A stretch of 64,000 nt of DNA. It comes from Phoronis australis (lineage: Eukaryota > Animalia > Phoronida). Below the pieces are notes generated by a model, which worked only from the letters and a program-made list of their open reading frames with translations, made no database searches and was not told the origin of the DNA. Positions 34,739-49,600 of this stretch are shown here, one piece after another. The stretch covers positions 37,673 to 101,672 of the forward strand of contig NMRA01000740.1 in NCBI GenBank assembly GCA_002633005.1, in the 5' to 3' direction. The position numbers and the translations under genes were made by a program. Within the stretch, counting starts at the first letter, position 1; every line of letters starts with the position of its first letter.

Positions 34739-37700
34739 ATGGTCCAAGCTTCCATGTTCAACTTCTCTTGTTTTGCATTTCTTCTGGTCTTTTCTGCAAT
34801 TGGGCACGAAGCCAAAAACTTCGCTGAACATGAGGAAAAGTTGACGAAAAGGTGAGAACGTGGGCGGCGCAACACTGAAAAAAGTGGGGGCAAAGGATTC
34901 TGGAGTTTCTGTCAAGTGTAAAGAATTATGTAAAGATTAGCTTAGGTACTTTCACCGACATACTTGGATTTAAATGGTACAGGTGCAGGTCACTTTATGT
35001 TTAAATGTACTACTGTCAAAAATGCATTTTCCCCCGCGCGACTGCAGAACCACCTTTCACACTTTTCAAAATTGAATTAATATCTTTAGTCTTTGGAAAA
35101 ACTAAACATATTTTAACAAAAAGTGGAAACACTATTTTAGAACCAAATTTTTAGTTATCTGCGGCGTTGTAATTAATTAGATAATATATGCAGTTTGTGT
35201 GTGGTGTACCTGTGTGTCAGTACGTGTCAACCTTAACTTTTTTTACAGGAAAGGTGTTTCACTATAATTGCACAGCTATAGTGTTAGCATATTCTGTAAA
35301 ATGGTAAAACATGTTTTTGGGGAAAGTTACAAACAACTTGTCCCTGGCGACAATTTAACGTCAGTGAGGTAGCACTCCGTATGATCGTAGAAATATTGGA
35401 AGTATTTCTCCAGTTCTAAGGTATAACTGAGTTTGTTGAGATAATGTACGGAAATTTAATGTTATTTTGACGTTTTTATGTAAAAATGGCATAACAATGT
35501 TTTAACTGGGCAAGTCGTGACAGTTCTAGTAAATTTCGGTAGATTCCTTATTTTCAAAACTGACATTTATGCTCGGAATATGTCCCGAGAATAATAGGTG
35601 CGTCGCAAGCTCGGTTTCCAGAGATACAAAGGAGACCGTGTATAGGCAATATAAGGTCATTTATTGTAACTGATAAGGTACAGAAATATGAGTGTACAAA
35701 TAACATAAACATAAAATAATAATCTCTGGAAAGAACACATTTCCGTATCGTACAGACTTCGGGAAAGTATTAGTATAGACTTCCTTAATATTCATACGCC
35801 ATTAAAGCCATTAGACCAAGAAAAATGTTGGTTCATTTTTAGCGCACGCGTTATTCTCATGTAAGCAGTAAAATAGCAAATGAAATGGACATAGGAACTA
35901 GTACCTTTTGGTGTATACATAGATACAAGAACTTACGTGTACCCACCGTTGATATAAACAGTGAAACACTGCTAACATGGATGAATCATGTCGCTTGGCA
36001 GGTTCTACTATTGGCCGAGGCGAACACCGAAGTTAATCAGGGTTGAAGACATAAACGAGTTCACGTGTACTAAGCAACTGGTGTCCGGTGGCGCGGGTAT
36101 ACCAGACCGTCAAATCACAGTTTCGTCTGAATGGGACCGTAATCACGGGCCAGCCAGGTCTCGCATATACATCACATCGTCTGTCGCCGCTTGGTGCGCA
36201 AAAACAAACGATGCTAACCAGTGGCTTCAATTCGACTTGGGCAACGTACGCACAGTGACGGGAGTTGTGACAAAGGGTAGGGGAAATCATTATCAGTTTG
36301 TGCAGTCGTACAAAGTACTCTACAAAGTGGACGGTAGACGCTGGGCGGTTTACAAAGACTTCAGAGGGTCTGAGAAGGTAGATTCATTGTTAACACAACT
36401 CACATCCCATCCACCATCACCATCACCATTGTCCAACAAGTTTGCTACAATCACTAAGCCCACTAGGCCCGCCGGTCATGACCAGTTTCATCACCAACAA
36501 CGTCACTGTCGTGCTCACCTCCTTGTACTCACGATATCGGATCAGTGTACACTTCCATGTCATTAATTGGTCACAGAAGTGCGGAAATGTTCTGTTAGAA
36601 AATTACAGCGACTCAAAGCCAGTGTTCCCACAAAGACGGACACGAACTTTTGATGTAACCACTTAACACTAAAAATGTCACATTTTAAGTCTTGCTCCGA
36701 CGACAACAATGATTTGGATTTACAAGAATTAACTGGTAGTTCGTAGGGACCATTCTCGGCGCATAAACTGGAGCGCCGTTAAAAGCCAACGTGCAGATCG
36801 GGTTTGTTTAAGCAATAATGAACTCAGTTCTTTTGAATTTTTTCATAAACAAGTGGTCTGTACCAGTTTCACTTAAACTGTTTATACTTTCATTTTCAAT
36901 AATATTTGTTATTCTGCGAAATTTGACGTTATTTTCCCAAATCTGAAAAAGGCAGTGCATTTCTATCATGAGCGCACCACNCTTCAGGGGTCTCACACTC
37001 CACTGATTTATCCACATTATTTTGAAAACGCTTTGCCCAGTCACGCATTGTGTGTCATAAAAGAGATAAGCATACCTGCAGCTGACGCAGCAAGTAGAAC
37101 TACTCTCGTTTATCACATTGGTGTAGACCGAGACTCACAGTTGATTTGTGGTTTTCTGTTGACCCCAGACCGTCCGGAGTTGCACCATATACCAACTCCG
37201 GACGGTCCAGAGGTGGATCTACAGGGGGGGTTCAGGGGGTTTAAACCCCCCCTCGGGACAGGATCAAAAATAAAAACTGGAAAAAAAAATCGCCAGAAAA
37301 ACGAAATTAGCTACTAAAAATCCCAAAAAATCTTACACGGGAGGAGGGAAACCCTCTCGCGACCTTCCTTCTCCTCGGCGCTACACGCCTCGGATTCTTT
37401 CGAAAGTCCTAAACCCCCCCTTACTGAAATCGTAGATCTGCCACTGCGGTCTCTCACGAAGATTTAGCGTTATGAGTCACGCTTGCCCGTTTGGTAGAGT
37501 TTGAAAGGAGTTCTCAAATTTTCCTCCAAACTTTTGAAGGATATCGAAGGTTTCAAAGTACTATTTTGTTTTAGAGAACTGGACGGACGAAAACTCGTTT
37601 TTAGTACCGGTATCTGCCAATAGGCCACAACCGGGTTTAGTATCCTTCTAGTGTCGGTGACCTTTCGCAAAGCACAAAGTAGACTTTCTTGCCCGAGGAC

Positions 37701-38448
37701 ACCTCGGCCACATTATTTCGCCCACGTCATTCTCCTCTCACGGACCACTTTTCCGTATTACGGACATTTTTTGTTGCTCGCGGACGGATAAACCCCCGTT
37801 TCCGCGCATTAGTTACTGCCGAGCTGGCTTATTGAACTTATGTACTTTCTCATGAAATCGGTCTCATAATTCCATTGTCCGGCAATATTGAAACCAACAG
37901 GGACGCCAAAAAAAAACGTTTCACAAGCTTTCAGGGGATGCCCAACCCAAAAATTGGGGAATCGGTCGGAGCATGTACGCATTGCTCAGGCTTGAGTTGC
38001 CGGTTGCCGTCTCATTAGTCAACAATACAAGATTGGATAGCGTGATGTTTCAAGCCCCGAAATTATTCGTTTAAGAATTCAATGACAGGTATACAGAGCC
38101 GAAATGCTGGTTTCACGTATGCCTTTTATTGGCAACAAAAACTACACATTTTCATTTCGCTCATTAAAAATAATTTGCTAAAAACCTGAGTGTAGCCTGC
38201 CTATCTGTTTATAGGTTTGTACTGGGCAATCTTTCGGTTAATGCTGATCCTGGTAGCCGGCTTTGGCATGTGAATTCTAATTTCTATTTTCTGACGTGTT
38301 TTTACAGGTTTTCACTGCCAACTTTGATGGTGTAACTCCGAAGGTAAACACCTTCTGGCCGTCCATCAGAGCTCGCTACATCCGGATCAATCCCATCACG
38401 TGGCATGCGCACGTGTCCATGAGGGCTGACTTATTGGGATGTCTGTAA
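34739..38448 (+). CDS. Secreted F5/8 type C (discoidin) domain protein, ~209 aa, 3 coding exons
   Basis: Exons 34739-34851 (MVQASMFNFSCFAFLLVFSAIGHEAKNFAEHEEKLTKR, hydrophobic signal-like), 36002-36377 (IPDRQITVSSEW...AWCAKTNDANQWLQFDLG...VTGVVTKGR...VQSYKVLY) and 38308-38448 (VFTANFD...IRARYIRINPITWHAHVSMRADLLGCL*). Introns are phase 2 and 0, total 630 nt; AATAAA at 38536. Confidence 0.9.
37208..37446. mobile_element. MITE of the same TIR family, 5-bp TSD CGGTC, in intron 2 of the discoidin gene
   Basis: CAGAGGTGGATCTAC...GTAGATCTGCCACTG flanked by CGGTC (37203-37207, 37447-37451). Confidence 0.8.
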
Positions 38449-40691
38449 AGCCATGGCACTTTCCTGTGCACAAGTCAGCGAAGATAATATTGCAATATAT
38501 CGTTCACCTGTTATGCAAGGAATTCGACATCGTCTAATAAATCAATGCATATGCACATCAATCGTTTAATTTATACCATAAAGATGGCATTAAAGGGACA
38601 TTACCGTATTGACGACCGAAAACGCGTACATTCTTGAGGTTATTGTTGAATGGGAAACACTTCTTGAAGTTATTAGCTTTGACCATAACGAAAATTCGTC
38701 GTTTTTACGATTTGTTACAAATCGTCAATTCTTGCCGTTGAGTGCCAGGCATTCGCTCAATTCCGCGGGTCCAGGTTCGTTTCCGCGACCGAGGCACTTC
38801 TTGCCCAATGTCCCTTCATGAGTAACCTTCCGAGGGTTGTCGAAGGTTACAGTGTACAAAGCATTATTTTGTTACAGAGAACATTTGGACGGAAAACTCG
38901 TTTAGGCCACAACCGGGTAGGCGGCTTTGATATGCGAACTGAACCTTTTCAAACACGCATTGGATAAAATGTGTCCGTTTGAGGAAACCAAAATTTCAGA
39001 TTTTATGCATCCCTAAAATATCCTGGTGAATAAATATCCTGTGACTTACACCCGGGTTCACAGACAATAATTGACCCTGGCCGCCTATATCTTTGTTACC
39101 AACGACATTCAACCCATGAAACATTTCATTTCCTTCGACCACCACAGAAGCGTATACTCGAATACGTTATTCATGTTTTATGAAAACTTGATTTGCATGG
39201 ACAGTGCTATTTATGAACTTTTTCACACGGCACGAGATTTGCGAATCCTTTTTCTTCATTCTCGTACCTATTAAAACATATCAAGGATTTCAACATTCAA
39301 TCAAGTCCCAACCCCCACGGAATATTTATATTCTGTAAGCCCTTGATGACGGCAAAAACTTATTGTGACAACGAAAATATTGCCCCCACGTTTGATACTA
39401 GGTGACGGTCAATTTGTACACATGCATTATTTTTCACGTAGTTAAAACTTCAGCACAGACACGATAATTTCCACAGGACACTTTCAAATCCCGTTTCCCT
39501 TTATTCCATTGGCAAACGGGTGTGATATAATTTCGCGTAAGGGTCGAAATTCTAAAGCAAACATCACCTCTCAGTTCAACAGAAGACATGTCATTCCAAA
39601 CCCATGCCACACCCCTCTACTCAGCAGACGACATGTCATTCCAAACCCACACACACAAAGATAATGCCATAAAGACAGTAGTTGTCTCAAGAATTATGAA
39701 AAGATGTGTGTTTATAAGGTTTTACTATTTTGTTTGATGCACTACCCAACTCAAACTGGAGACAGTAGCATGTCCCGTTTATAGTTCCTGAAGACTCCAG
39801 GATTGCATCACGGCCATTTTGCATTATGAAGTGATTTCAGGAAATTAAAACATCCATTCATAACCTAATGCATACCCAAAACAATAAGTTACCATTCACC
39901 ATAGTGCTTAGAACAACAAAATATGATGACATGTATTCTGCTCCAATTTACTAAAAGAGAACTAGGGAGGCTGCACCTGGTTCAGAAGATCCAAAAACAT
40001 GCAAAGTTCATTAATAAGCTGCAACCAAAACAATTTTGAGGGGTTTTTAACATGCCAATAACAGTCTGTAAGCTTCTGCCTGGACATGGCACCATTGTGT
40101 TAAACTAGAAAGTGCGAATTCGCCTTCTTAAAACTTCAATTAATTCTGACAAAATGCGATATCCAAACAAAAACAAGACAAGGCCTTCCACTGAAAACGT
40201 CCCAACATAATAGTCACATTGCTAGGATGTCTACACCCTAAATCATGTTTACACACATTATGCAGCCAGAAAAAGAACAAGAAAACAAACATTCAAGTTT
40301 ATAGTTTTACTTTTGTAGTGCGACTTTGCTATCATCAAAATTCATTCACATCAGTTTTACTTAACAACAGTTTTTCCGTGAATCATGAATAAGAACTTTT
40401 CATGTCTTGAAAAACGAAATGTACAAGACTCGCAAGGTATATGCCACAATAAATCACACAAAATACCGTTTACCGTCATGATGGGTGATGACTGGTCGCA
40501 ATAGTCATGCATGACATTCGTGATAATTCATTTATAAGTTCAGCTTGAAGTCAGCCACCATTAACAGGAGTTAAAAGTGCACTTAGAATTAGGGAATTCT
40601 GGGTAATTTAACATGCACGGAAATTACAATAAAGTTATTTTGATATCACCAGCACACTGCGGAAACAATATCTTAATCTTAGACGATCCTT

Positions 40692-43600
40692 TTAGCTCTC
40701 GGCACCATTCATTGCACTGTTTTCATTTCCCTGAGATTTCACAAAGTCTTTGTACTTCTTGTCTTGTGCCTCATAAAGTTTGTTAAGTTTCTTCAGCGCA
40801 GACTTAGTTAGCTCTTTACCTTCCTTGTCATGGGTTGGAAAACCCTGCAAAAGAACTAAGTTTTAATTGATAATTCATCATGCACAACATTGGTTTCTCT
40901 TCCTTCCTCTGCGGACTATGATAGTGTGAATTAAGATCAAGCGGTCAATGTCAACTCCACTTGTCCAATAGAAAATGAGCACATCATTATTTGCATCCTT
41001 TTAAGGGTAAAAAGATGCATTTTGCATGTCACTGACCTGTTAAGCACGCCAAAATAACAAAAATCAAATTGGGCCATCACTCTCATAAAATCGGTCTCAT
41101 TTTTCCTTACCGTAATAAGATTCTATTTCTTTTACCACCCAGGAAATCAAAACCATCAGCAACTAAACAAAATGGTTATAAAGAGTCTATTGTCGCTGAC
41201 CATCCCCAAAACTGCGATTTTTAAAATGGCACATTGCCTGTGACTCAAATTAGTATTGCAAATAAAAACTTAACACGGTCATTTACAATACAAGACCAAT
41301 ATCAAAACAGTACAAGATCTAATTCAAATTTCATTTTTACTGCACTTCGCTCTATTTAGCTGGCTAACCAAGAGCGATGTAGCGCCACCTGTAGCCAACC
41401 AAGGGCAACGCTGAGCATTGAAATGCATACGTCTGCAACGCAAACGGTGTGCTTCTAAGCATGTTTATTAGTGTCATAAAAATGACCATTAGAACTTGCA
41501 AACATGGAAAACACCTGAAAATGGGAAGGTATCAATAGTAAGCTATTTGCTTGCTAAATTTCACGAAACTCAGTAACGGATTACAGAGGCAAACGTGAAG
41601 AAAACAAATTGCCATTACAAAATGAAGCAGTAGTCCGACCCATCCATCTGGTGTTGGGAACTCCGAGAAACAAAGACAATATTACTAAATGTAAAAAATA
41701 AAATTGGCACTAGGGGTCGCAGCAGTAGTTGGTTTGGTCCAAAATCTATCACCATGTGATCAGCATCACAAGAGCACATCTGCCAAATCTCATTAGGACC
41801 CTGCAAGGGGCTTAGGAGATACAGCAGCGGATGCCAGAGGACCAGACAGAGACCACACAAATCTGCACCCACAAATATGTGGGAGCATAAATATGAAAAT
41901 CAAATTGGGCCTTATACAATCATAAAATTGGTTGCATAATATTTCTTCTCATTACCATGATAGAATTTTACTTCCATTACAAAATCAAGTCAAAAGCTCT
42001 GTCTACATGCGCCATTGTTGAATTAAGATTAACTAACCCCATTGAACTCTGATTCAGAAATTTCTTAGGCCATTGATGGTTTTGATGTTCTTGGTATGGT
42101 ATATTGAATACCATGAGAGTGATTTTAAGAGAGTAAAGCCTTAATTCAATTATAGTTTTTAGTCAGCTTAACGAGACAAAAGACAAATTTCAATAGACTA
42201 CTTGACAGTGGATCGACTAAACCCTGAGCTCTCTTCAACAACAGACTCTGTTTTGATCTCATTACATTTCTGGCCATGGTCAAACCTCAACTCCAAGTCC
42301 TGCCATGTGATGTACCTAAGTCTGACCATGGTCAAACCTCAACTCCAAGTCCTGCCATGTGATGTACCTAAGTCCTCATCACTCCAAACTATCTCTATGT
42401 ATCCCTCAATAACGACATGACATTGTCTACAAACTCAAAACAACTATAAACCAACCTTCCATCACAGCAAAATAATTTTTATTTAGAACACTTACCGTAT
42501 ATGAAGAAACTGGCTCTGTAGTCAAAACAGTGATTTCTGTGCTCAAAAAGAACTGATAATTCATCATTGTTTGAGAAAATGCTCGACAAGTTGTCTTGTT
42601 ACAGCGAGTCCTTTACCCATCGAGCATGATCTTAATTAACAATGAAGTGTCAGTTCTTGGGAAGACCAAAGGTCATGTGTCATCTAAGCAAGGAACAATT
42701 TGAGACTAATCTTGTAGCAGTGCGTGGTCTAACTCAAAATTCAGCTTGCAGATTCAAGCCCACTTTGTCCAAAACTCCAAACTACATCCCTACACGCCTC
42801 AACAAGAATCCTTGAACTTTCCAACAAACTTAATTGATCGGCACTAAGAAGTACCTTTCTACATACACCTCACTTCCCTGACCCAGCATCAATGTTATTT
42901 GACAGTCAAACTCTTCAGCACACAACACTTGTGCGTACGAGCAAAGTGAGGTCCAATCTTACCACGAAGCAGCCTCGTGAAATAAGCGAGGACAACATTT
43001 TCCCAAACACTGCGGGTGAGCAAAGTGAGGTGAGTGTTTGTCATAAGTGAAGAGTTCCTGTTCAAACTGCACCACACCTCACCACTTCGCCTCACCTAAT
43101 AAGTCTCCAGATGTTCTATTAGCATCTTAACAGCCCATCTTACCTTGTCATCAAACTTTGAGTACTTGTCCGTCTCCCTTAAAAACAACTCCCATGGAGG
43201 AACACGTTTCTGTGCCTCCTTGGCGGCTTGTTCTTCCAACTGCTTTTGTTTCTTTCGTTCCTTCTCGATACGTTTCTGCTCCTCTATCTACAGAGACAAG
43301 CAAGAGAACAGGAGCATCAATGCCAGTTATAACGAAGAGACACAGCAACAAAATGTGAAACTGTGGAATAGAAAACAATAGACCTTTCACCTTTCACAAG
43401 ACAAGAAAGGGAGGATTTTTGTTCCACTTGACGCCATGGTGCTACACAGTTGGAATCCACCTGAAGTTTGCGGAACTCGTGCTGGTTTTCACCGTGCGTG
43501 GCTTATGGAAGGTTACGCAACAAGACGGTGATTTTGTCCCACTTGTCTGCTAAGTTTGTAAACCCACACAATAATAACATTAGACGTGGTTGAACAAAAC

Positions 43601-46600
43601 TTTTGATGTCATGTACTAGAAAATTTGCCCTGCAGATACAGTCAGAAGTCTATCCGTATTTACAGATTGGCGATAAGGAAGCTTCAGTGCTAATAAATCA
43701 AAATAGATGTATTACTGAGGGAAAGGGATTAGCCACATGAATATAACAAATGAAGACAAAGATCCCCTGCTTCACACTGTGGCAGGAAAGAGCAATTTTT
43801 ATTATGTCAAAGTTTTCCGTCACCGCTAAAAATGACTATTATAACAAAAAATACAGTTTTTATCGTACAACAGCTGTAATAAAACAAAACATGTGAAAAT
43901 TATAAATAGCAAGATAGTCAGTCTTTGAAAAATAGAAATAAGACTATACCGGCCATTATTTCTGTTCGTGTCCAATAACTGAATAGCTACCATACTATAG
44001 CTAAAAGGGAACTTACTCTTAATTTTTCCTCCCTCTCTCTCATAAGTGTCTCCCTGTCGACCAGTTTGAGTACAGGAGGCTGGCCCTCGTGGTCTTCCAG
44101 TCTCACACCCAGGTTAGGTAGCACATGCTCACGAAGGGCGTCACACAATTTTAAGATATCAGTGGCTGTCAACAGAATGCAGAACAGTGACTGCATTGCA
44201 GTGGATGAGGTTGGCAAAGAAAGCTATAGCTGAAGCTAAATCAAATTGTATAGTATAATACAAAGGTTTTGAAAAGTAGTACTTCAAACCTTAGCCAAAG
44301 TTGCACAAAATAAATGTGCCAAGGAGCCAGTCCCACCGAGGCAGTTCTCGGCATAACCTCAAAATGGGACAAAACTAAGTAGGAACCCATGTAGCATTGT
44401 TCAATCTGAGTACGTAACCTCAGGATTGTGTCGCATTCGAGGTGTGTTGTTTACTTAAGTGACCCATTTCCTCACGTCTCTTGCCAAGTTTAACAAGATG
44501 TAATTCCTAGTCATTTTGTTTGAATTCTTTTGGTTTTTATTGTACACCTCACCCTGCCATCTTTGAAAACAACAAAATTCATCTGGAAATAACAAGAATT
44601 TAGGGTTCCAAAGTTATAGCACCTAGATTCTCTAAACTTATAATTTGAATTCAACAATTTTCGATACTGACTTTAACATTCTGAAAAACTTTAAAAGTGA
44701 GAATAGAACAAGGTTTTAAGTTGTTGAATTCTTGTCTCATTTTTGATTGGTTTTGAATTGCTTGGAATTGAAATAAGACCAGCGTTTTTGCAAGTTTTGA
44801 ATTTTTTAAGAAACATTATAATTGGTAATCCACAAAATAAAGAATGAGTACTAGGTTTTCCTAGGAGCACACTTTTTATGGGACACCCACTACACTTTTC
44901 AACAATTACGTAGAGAAAATGCAAAGACACTTGGGTATTTTTTTAACAAGATCAACTACACTGATTCGTTTTGATGCATCACAAATGAAACATTCGGTTT
45001 ATTCTGGACTTCAACCACCTCATTCACCAGTCCATGGCAAAATTTACTGTCCACCACCTGTCATTGTGTTTACTTAAACAATTACTGAATTACCTTTTTA
45101 ACAATGTGATACAACATACCACAATCATAAATTGTAGTTACCTTTTTGTTGCCTAGCAACCTGTCTGATCTCCTCCCTGAAGTTTGCTAAAGTTGTCAAG
45201 TATGGCATAACTGTTTCTTCAAACTACAAAAATATCAATAAAAGTATAAAGCAAGGCAGAGAAAGCAAACGAAAAGCATGAAGAAATACAGAAACTCCCG
45301 GACAGCTAAGACCCCTGTAGGGAATATAAAGAATAAGAGCAACGTAGAGCGAAGATATGACCTCATCATGTGTACCGCATAAAACATGCATGATCACCAT
45401 AGCAAGGATGGTCATTATTCCAAACACTGCCAATAGAGGGAGCAATACCAAATGAATAAACTAAATATAGCCTCTAGGGGCATAAAGCATGTCTGCAATG
45501 TTGTCCTCAATAGGAGCACACCAACTACCTTGCATCATGATTCCTCAACATTTATAGACTGACATGAAAAAAAATCAGACACACTACCGTTTTCCCGTCA
45601 TGGCACTCAACTCTGTTAACAACAAAAAGGGCTGGTAACAGCTACCAAGGCGGCAAAATTCTAATAGCAGAAAGGCTCCGACATTTTCCTGTTAATTTTC
45701 CTTTATTCTCGGTCATGAGGGAAGACTACTCTGAGGGGGAAATCCCTTTCTGCCAGACGTAATGACAGGGAGTTCTCTGTCATTTTGTCTGAATACTTTT
45801 GTTTTGCTGTAACCTCAGCCCGTTATCCAATAGTAACATGTAGATAAATTACACAAATGCTTTAAATGTGTTATTTTAAATCAACATTAATTCTGACTTT
45901 AAAGGACTTACGTTAGCAGATTGGTTTGAGCATTGTGGGAAACCCAGTGGCTCGTCGCCCTCAATAGCACCAAACACCTGGAATAAATGACACAGCATGG
46001 AAATGAAGAGAATCTGTTCATCATAGCACAACTGTTAGTGCAAACAAAAACCAAGACAGGGGAAACTAAACTGCAAATTTACCACGAACAACGAGAAAAA
46101 TCACAAGAGGTTAGGAAATTTTAATTGTCCAAACAGAATGAAGTGAAAACACGCAACAGAACATCCTCATGCTGACTCTATGAACTCACTGTTTTTGCAG
46201 TAAGCCCTTTTCAATATGCTATATTTTGTAAATCTTCACGAACTCTATGTTGTAGTAAATGACAAGCACTGGTGGGAATAATCCCTCAAACAAAAAATTC
46301 CCACCTCTCAGAAGGCACAAGCACCTTTCCCTTCAGGCGAGTGAGGATCCTGCTCGTGGTTTACAAAATACACTCTGAACTAACTGCCATAAAAAGCAAG
46401 TAGAAAATCTCTCCAAGACAAAAAAAAAACAATTCAACAAAACAAAATATAATTCTTTCAAAACAGACAGTGCTCAAACTAAGCACTTCAAAGATGTGTT
46501 TGCATGAGCATGCTCGGGGCATAAACTGCCGCGCCGTGAAAAGCTAACGTGTAGAATCGGGTTTGTTTAATCAGCAATAACGAAGTCAACTCAGTTCCTT

Positions 46601-49600
46601 TGAAACACTGAAATCACCTCCTAAAGATGTCGCTGCATGCTCCTAACTATGCTACTGTGTAGCAGGAACTAAATGACAATACTATTTAAACATAATCTAC
46701 ACTAAACAAAGTGCAGTTGTATTCATTGACAACTTGTAAATGTGTAAACAAAAAATTCAGCAAATATTTGACCTTTGCACCAATGACGTACATCGCGGGC
46801 TCATATGGCCTGCATCATGCAGTGTTATTCCCCAGCACCATGTCACGATACCTACTGGACACAGTTCAGTGATTTGAGGTGGATCATTTTCGCCACAAAG
46901 CTCGTTCTTAAAAACATTTGGCAACTTCAACCTACTTCATATTCACATTGTCGATATATGTTGTGCTTCTAACTAATTTGGTCATGCAATCACAGAAATA
47001 TGGAATTAGCCTGCAAGTTCTACTTAAACCAGTGATATTAAATCACACCAAGAGTTTTCCTAAATCTCAAAGCCTGTATTTGTAAATCACCACTGGCCAA
47101 ACTAACAGTTACCCACCTTTAACATCCATGTTAAGTAGTGTGCTGTGTTAGTCAGCAGTCCTCTGTCCGGGTTCTGTTTCTCAGATCTCTTTTTACTGAT
47201 GTAAGTGTTTACGGCCGTCACTAGGTCTCTGAGATGCACTAAGGCTGTCTTGGTATCAACAGAGTCTGGTGGCAGAGAACAATGATCAGTCAGATGTGAT
47301 CTCTAGGTTCGAGATGTTTAAATAATTTGAGCAGTCGATAAATTGACAATCGCTCCGCCCACTCCATCATGCGATGTACCCTCCAACAAATAAAAACAAT
47401 GGCTGCATATAATCAAGTGTGTCTAAGTGAAATGCCAGGTGATTTTGGATAATTATTTGGCTCAACAAGCCATCAACGGAAGGACAATGACTGGCAAGTG
47501 CTGTTAAATTTTTGGGTGTGGTTAAAGGCTTTCGGAATGCATATATGTGGTGCTTGAAAGCCAGAGAGGGAGGGACTTTCTTCGGTCACAGGACAAAGGC
47601 AGGGACAAAAGTGTCAGATTCCGTGAAAAGTTTCACCACACATGTCTAAAACAGATTCATTGCTGAAAGTAACAAAAGTCTTGAATGGTTGGCTTAACAC
47701 TGACAAACTTTTCTGAAGCTGGTTTTGGCTCTTTCTGTGAAACTTTGAGAATATTCTCGAACAGTTCGCAAAAATCAAGCACTCAAAAATGGCCACCTAA
47801 TTCTGAACAATCCCCTTGAAGTAGGTCACAAATAATTTTAGTTTCACAGGAAATTTGGCAAAGATTGAGCTTCTTGACTGGTTGCAACAGAAGATCGCCA
47901 CCAAATTCTCTAAAATTATCAATAGCTCAAAAATACCTGTTATTTTTTGTAACTCTCTAAAACCCTACCTAAAAACTTTCACTGTCATATATGATTAATT
48001 AGAGTGCACAGAAAAGTGTGCTGACAGTTTTTCAAGCTCAAAAATACTGTACAGTGTACAATTTTTCAGATGAGAAAGAGTGCGTCTACTTTTCCGACAA
48101 ACATTTTTTTGTTTTATTCAGGAAACAGTTAGCCAATCAGTGGGTGTCGTAATTTGACACGAGAGCCTCGTGACGTGTTGTCAATAGATCATGTGATGTA
48201 TTGACAACACTGAGATGTACATTCAATTGTGGGTTCATACCAACGATGGCCACTTGTTTACAAAAGTTTGTTGACAACAGATAACTACTACATTGTGACC
48301 CTGCTCATGACAGGCATGAATGACCTCAAGACATGTTAAATGCAAAATGACAGCCAATGACATGATTAGAAAATATCATGTGGTTTTTGTTAGCCAATTG
48401 TTACGTGACACAATTACTATAATTTAGGCTGCACTTCCAGTAGGTATCTGGCAGTTGAGCTAGTAGGACCTGCTTCAGTGGACTGATGAAATAGTTCATT
48501 AGGGCACCATCTCATAGATTCTAGAAACAATCTTACAAAGGCAAAGGCGTCCTCTTGTGGAGGTTTTATGTGTCACCTAGGCACCACAAGAGGGTTAGAC
48601 TTACCACAGAGTGCCTCATGAACTGCAGCTCTTTTCTCCAAATACCTGAAACACAAATCACATGCTGTAAGCCAACTGCAATGAAATGTCAAAAGTAACC
48701 TGCACACTATTAGTTCGGCACCACATTTCAAATGGAAGGAACTCTGGATCAGAGCAGCATTGAGCTGCTCGGTCCCTCTGTACTCAGCTGCAATCTAGAC
48801 AGTGGCCAATCTAGACAGTGGCCAAGCTAGACAGTGGCCAATCATGAGCCTAGTAGCAGTGAAGCAAAGTGGTCTTGTCTCGAGTCAATTTCCAATGAAA
48901 CATCACAAAGACTCACTTGTTGTTAAGCTGCACTTCACTATCTGCCCATTTCTGAAATGGTTCCGTTCCATGTGATGGCACACTGCGCAGAATGTCCTTC
49001 ACTGTCAGAAAGAACTCCTGAAATATTCAAGTATTTTCGAGGATCTACAAATGGAGAGAACCATGCTGGGAAAAGCAAAGGATGGTTTAAACAGATATGA
49101 AAACCTGGAAGTCACTTTGATCATGCTAAGAATGGAATGCAACTAAAACGAAAGCCATTGAAATAGGAATGCAACAGCTGCCTATCGCATCACTTCTGAG
49201 TAAAAACAACAATTAATGAGTGAGCTGGCTAAGTCTTACACTGAAGTGCTTTTCAAACAGGAGAGCCACCTCCATTGTATTAGAACTGTAGTCGAGTGTG
49301 TCCTTCCAGGAGTGTAGTAGAAAGGCCAGCCTCAGTTGGCGTGCTGTGTGTTGCTGCACCGCCTCCTTGATGGTGATGAAATTCTTCAGTGATTTGGACA
49401 TCTTACAGCCTTCGATGTGCAGATGGCCGGTGTGTAGGAAATAGCGCACCCAGTGGTCATTACCGAAGTATGCCTGACGAAAAACATGAAGAAAAGAACT
49501 GTAAAAATTTTTAAAATTGGGGAAAAATAAGCTATAAAATTACCATATATTTCTATTTTCAGAAGCTTACCACTCTTGCAAATGCTCAAAAAAAAACCAA

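Noticed and set aside
38730-38930. SINE-like segment with a weak B box (GGTTCGTTTCC), partly repeated at ~37580-37710
   Set aside because: Too degenerate to define boundaries or class.
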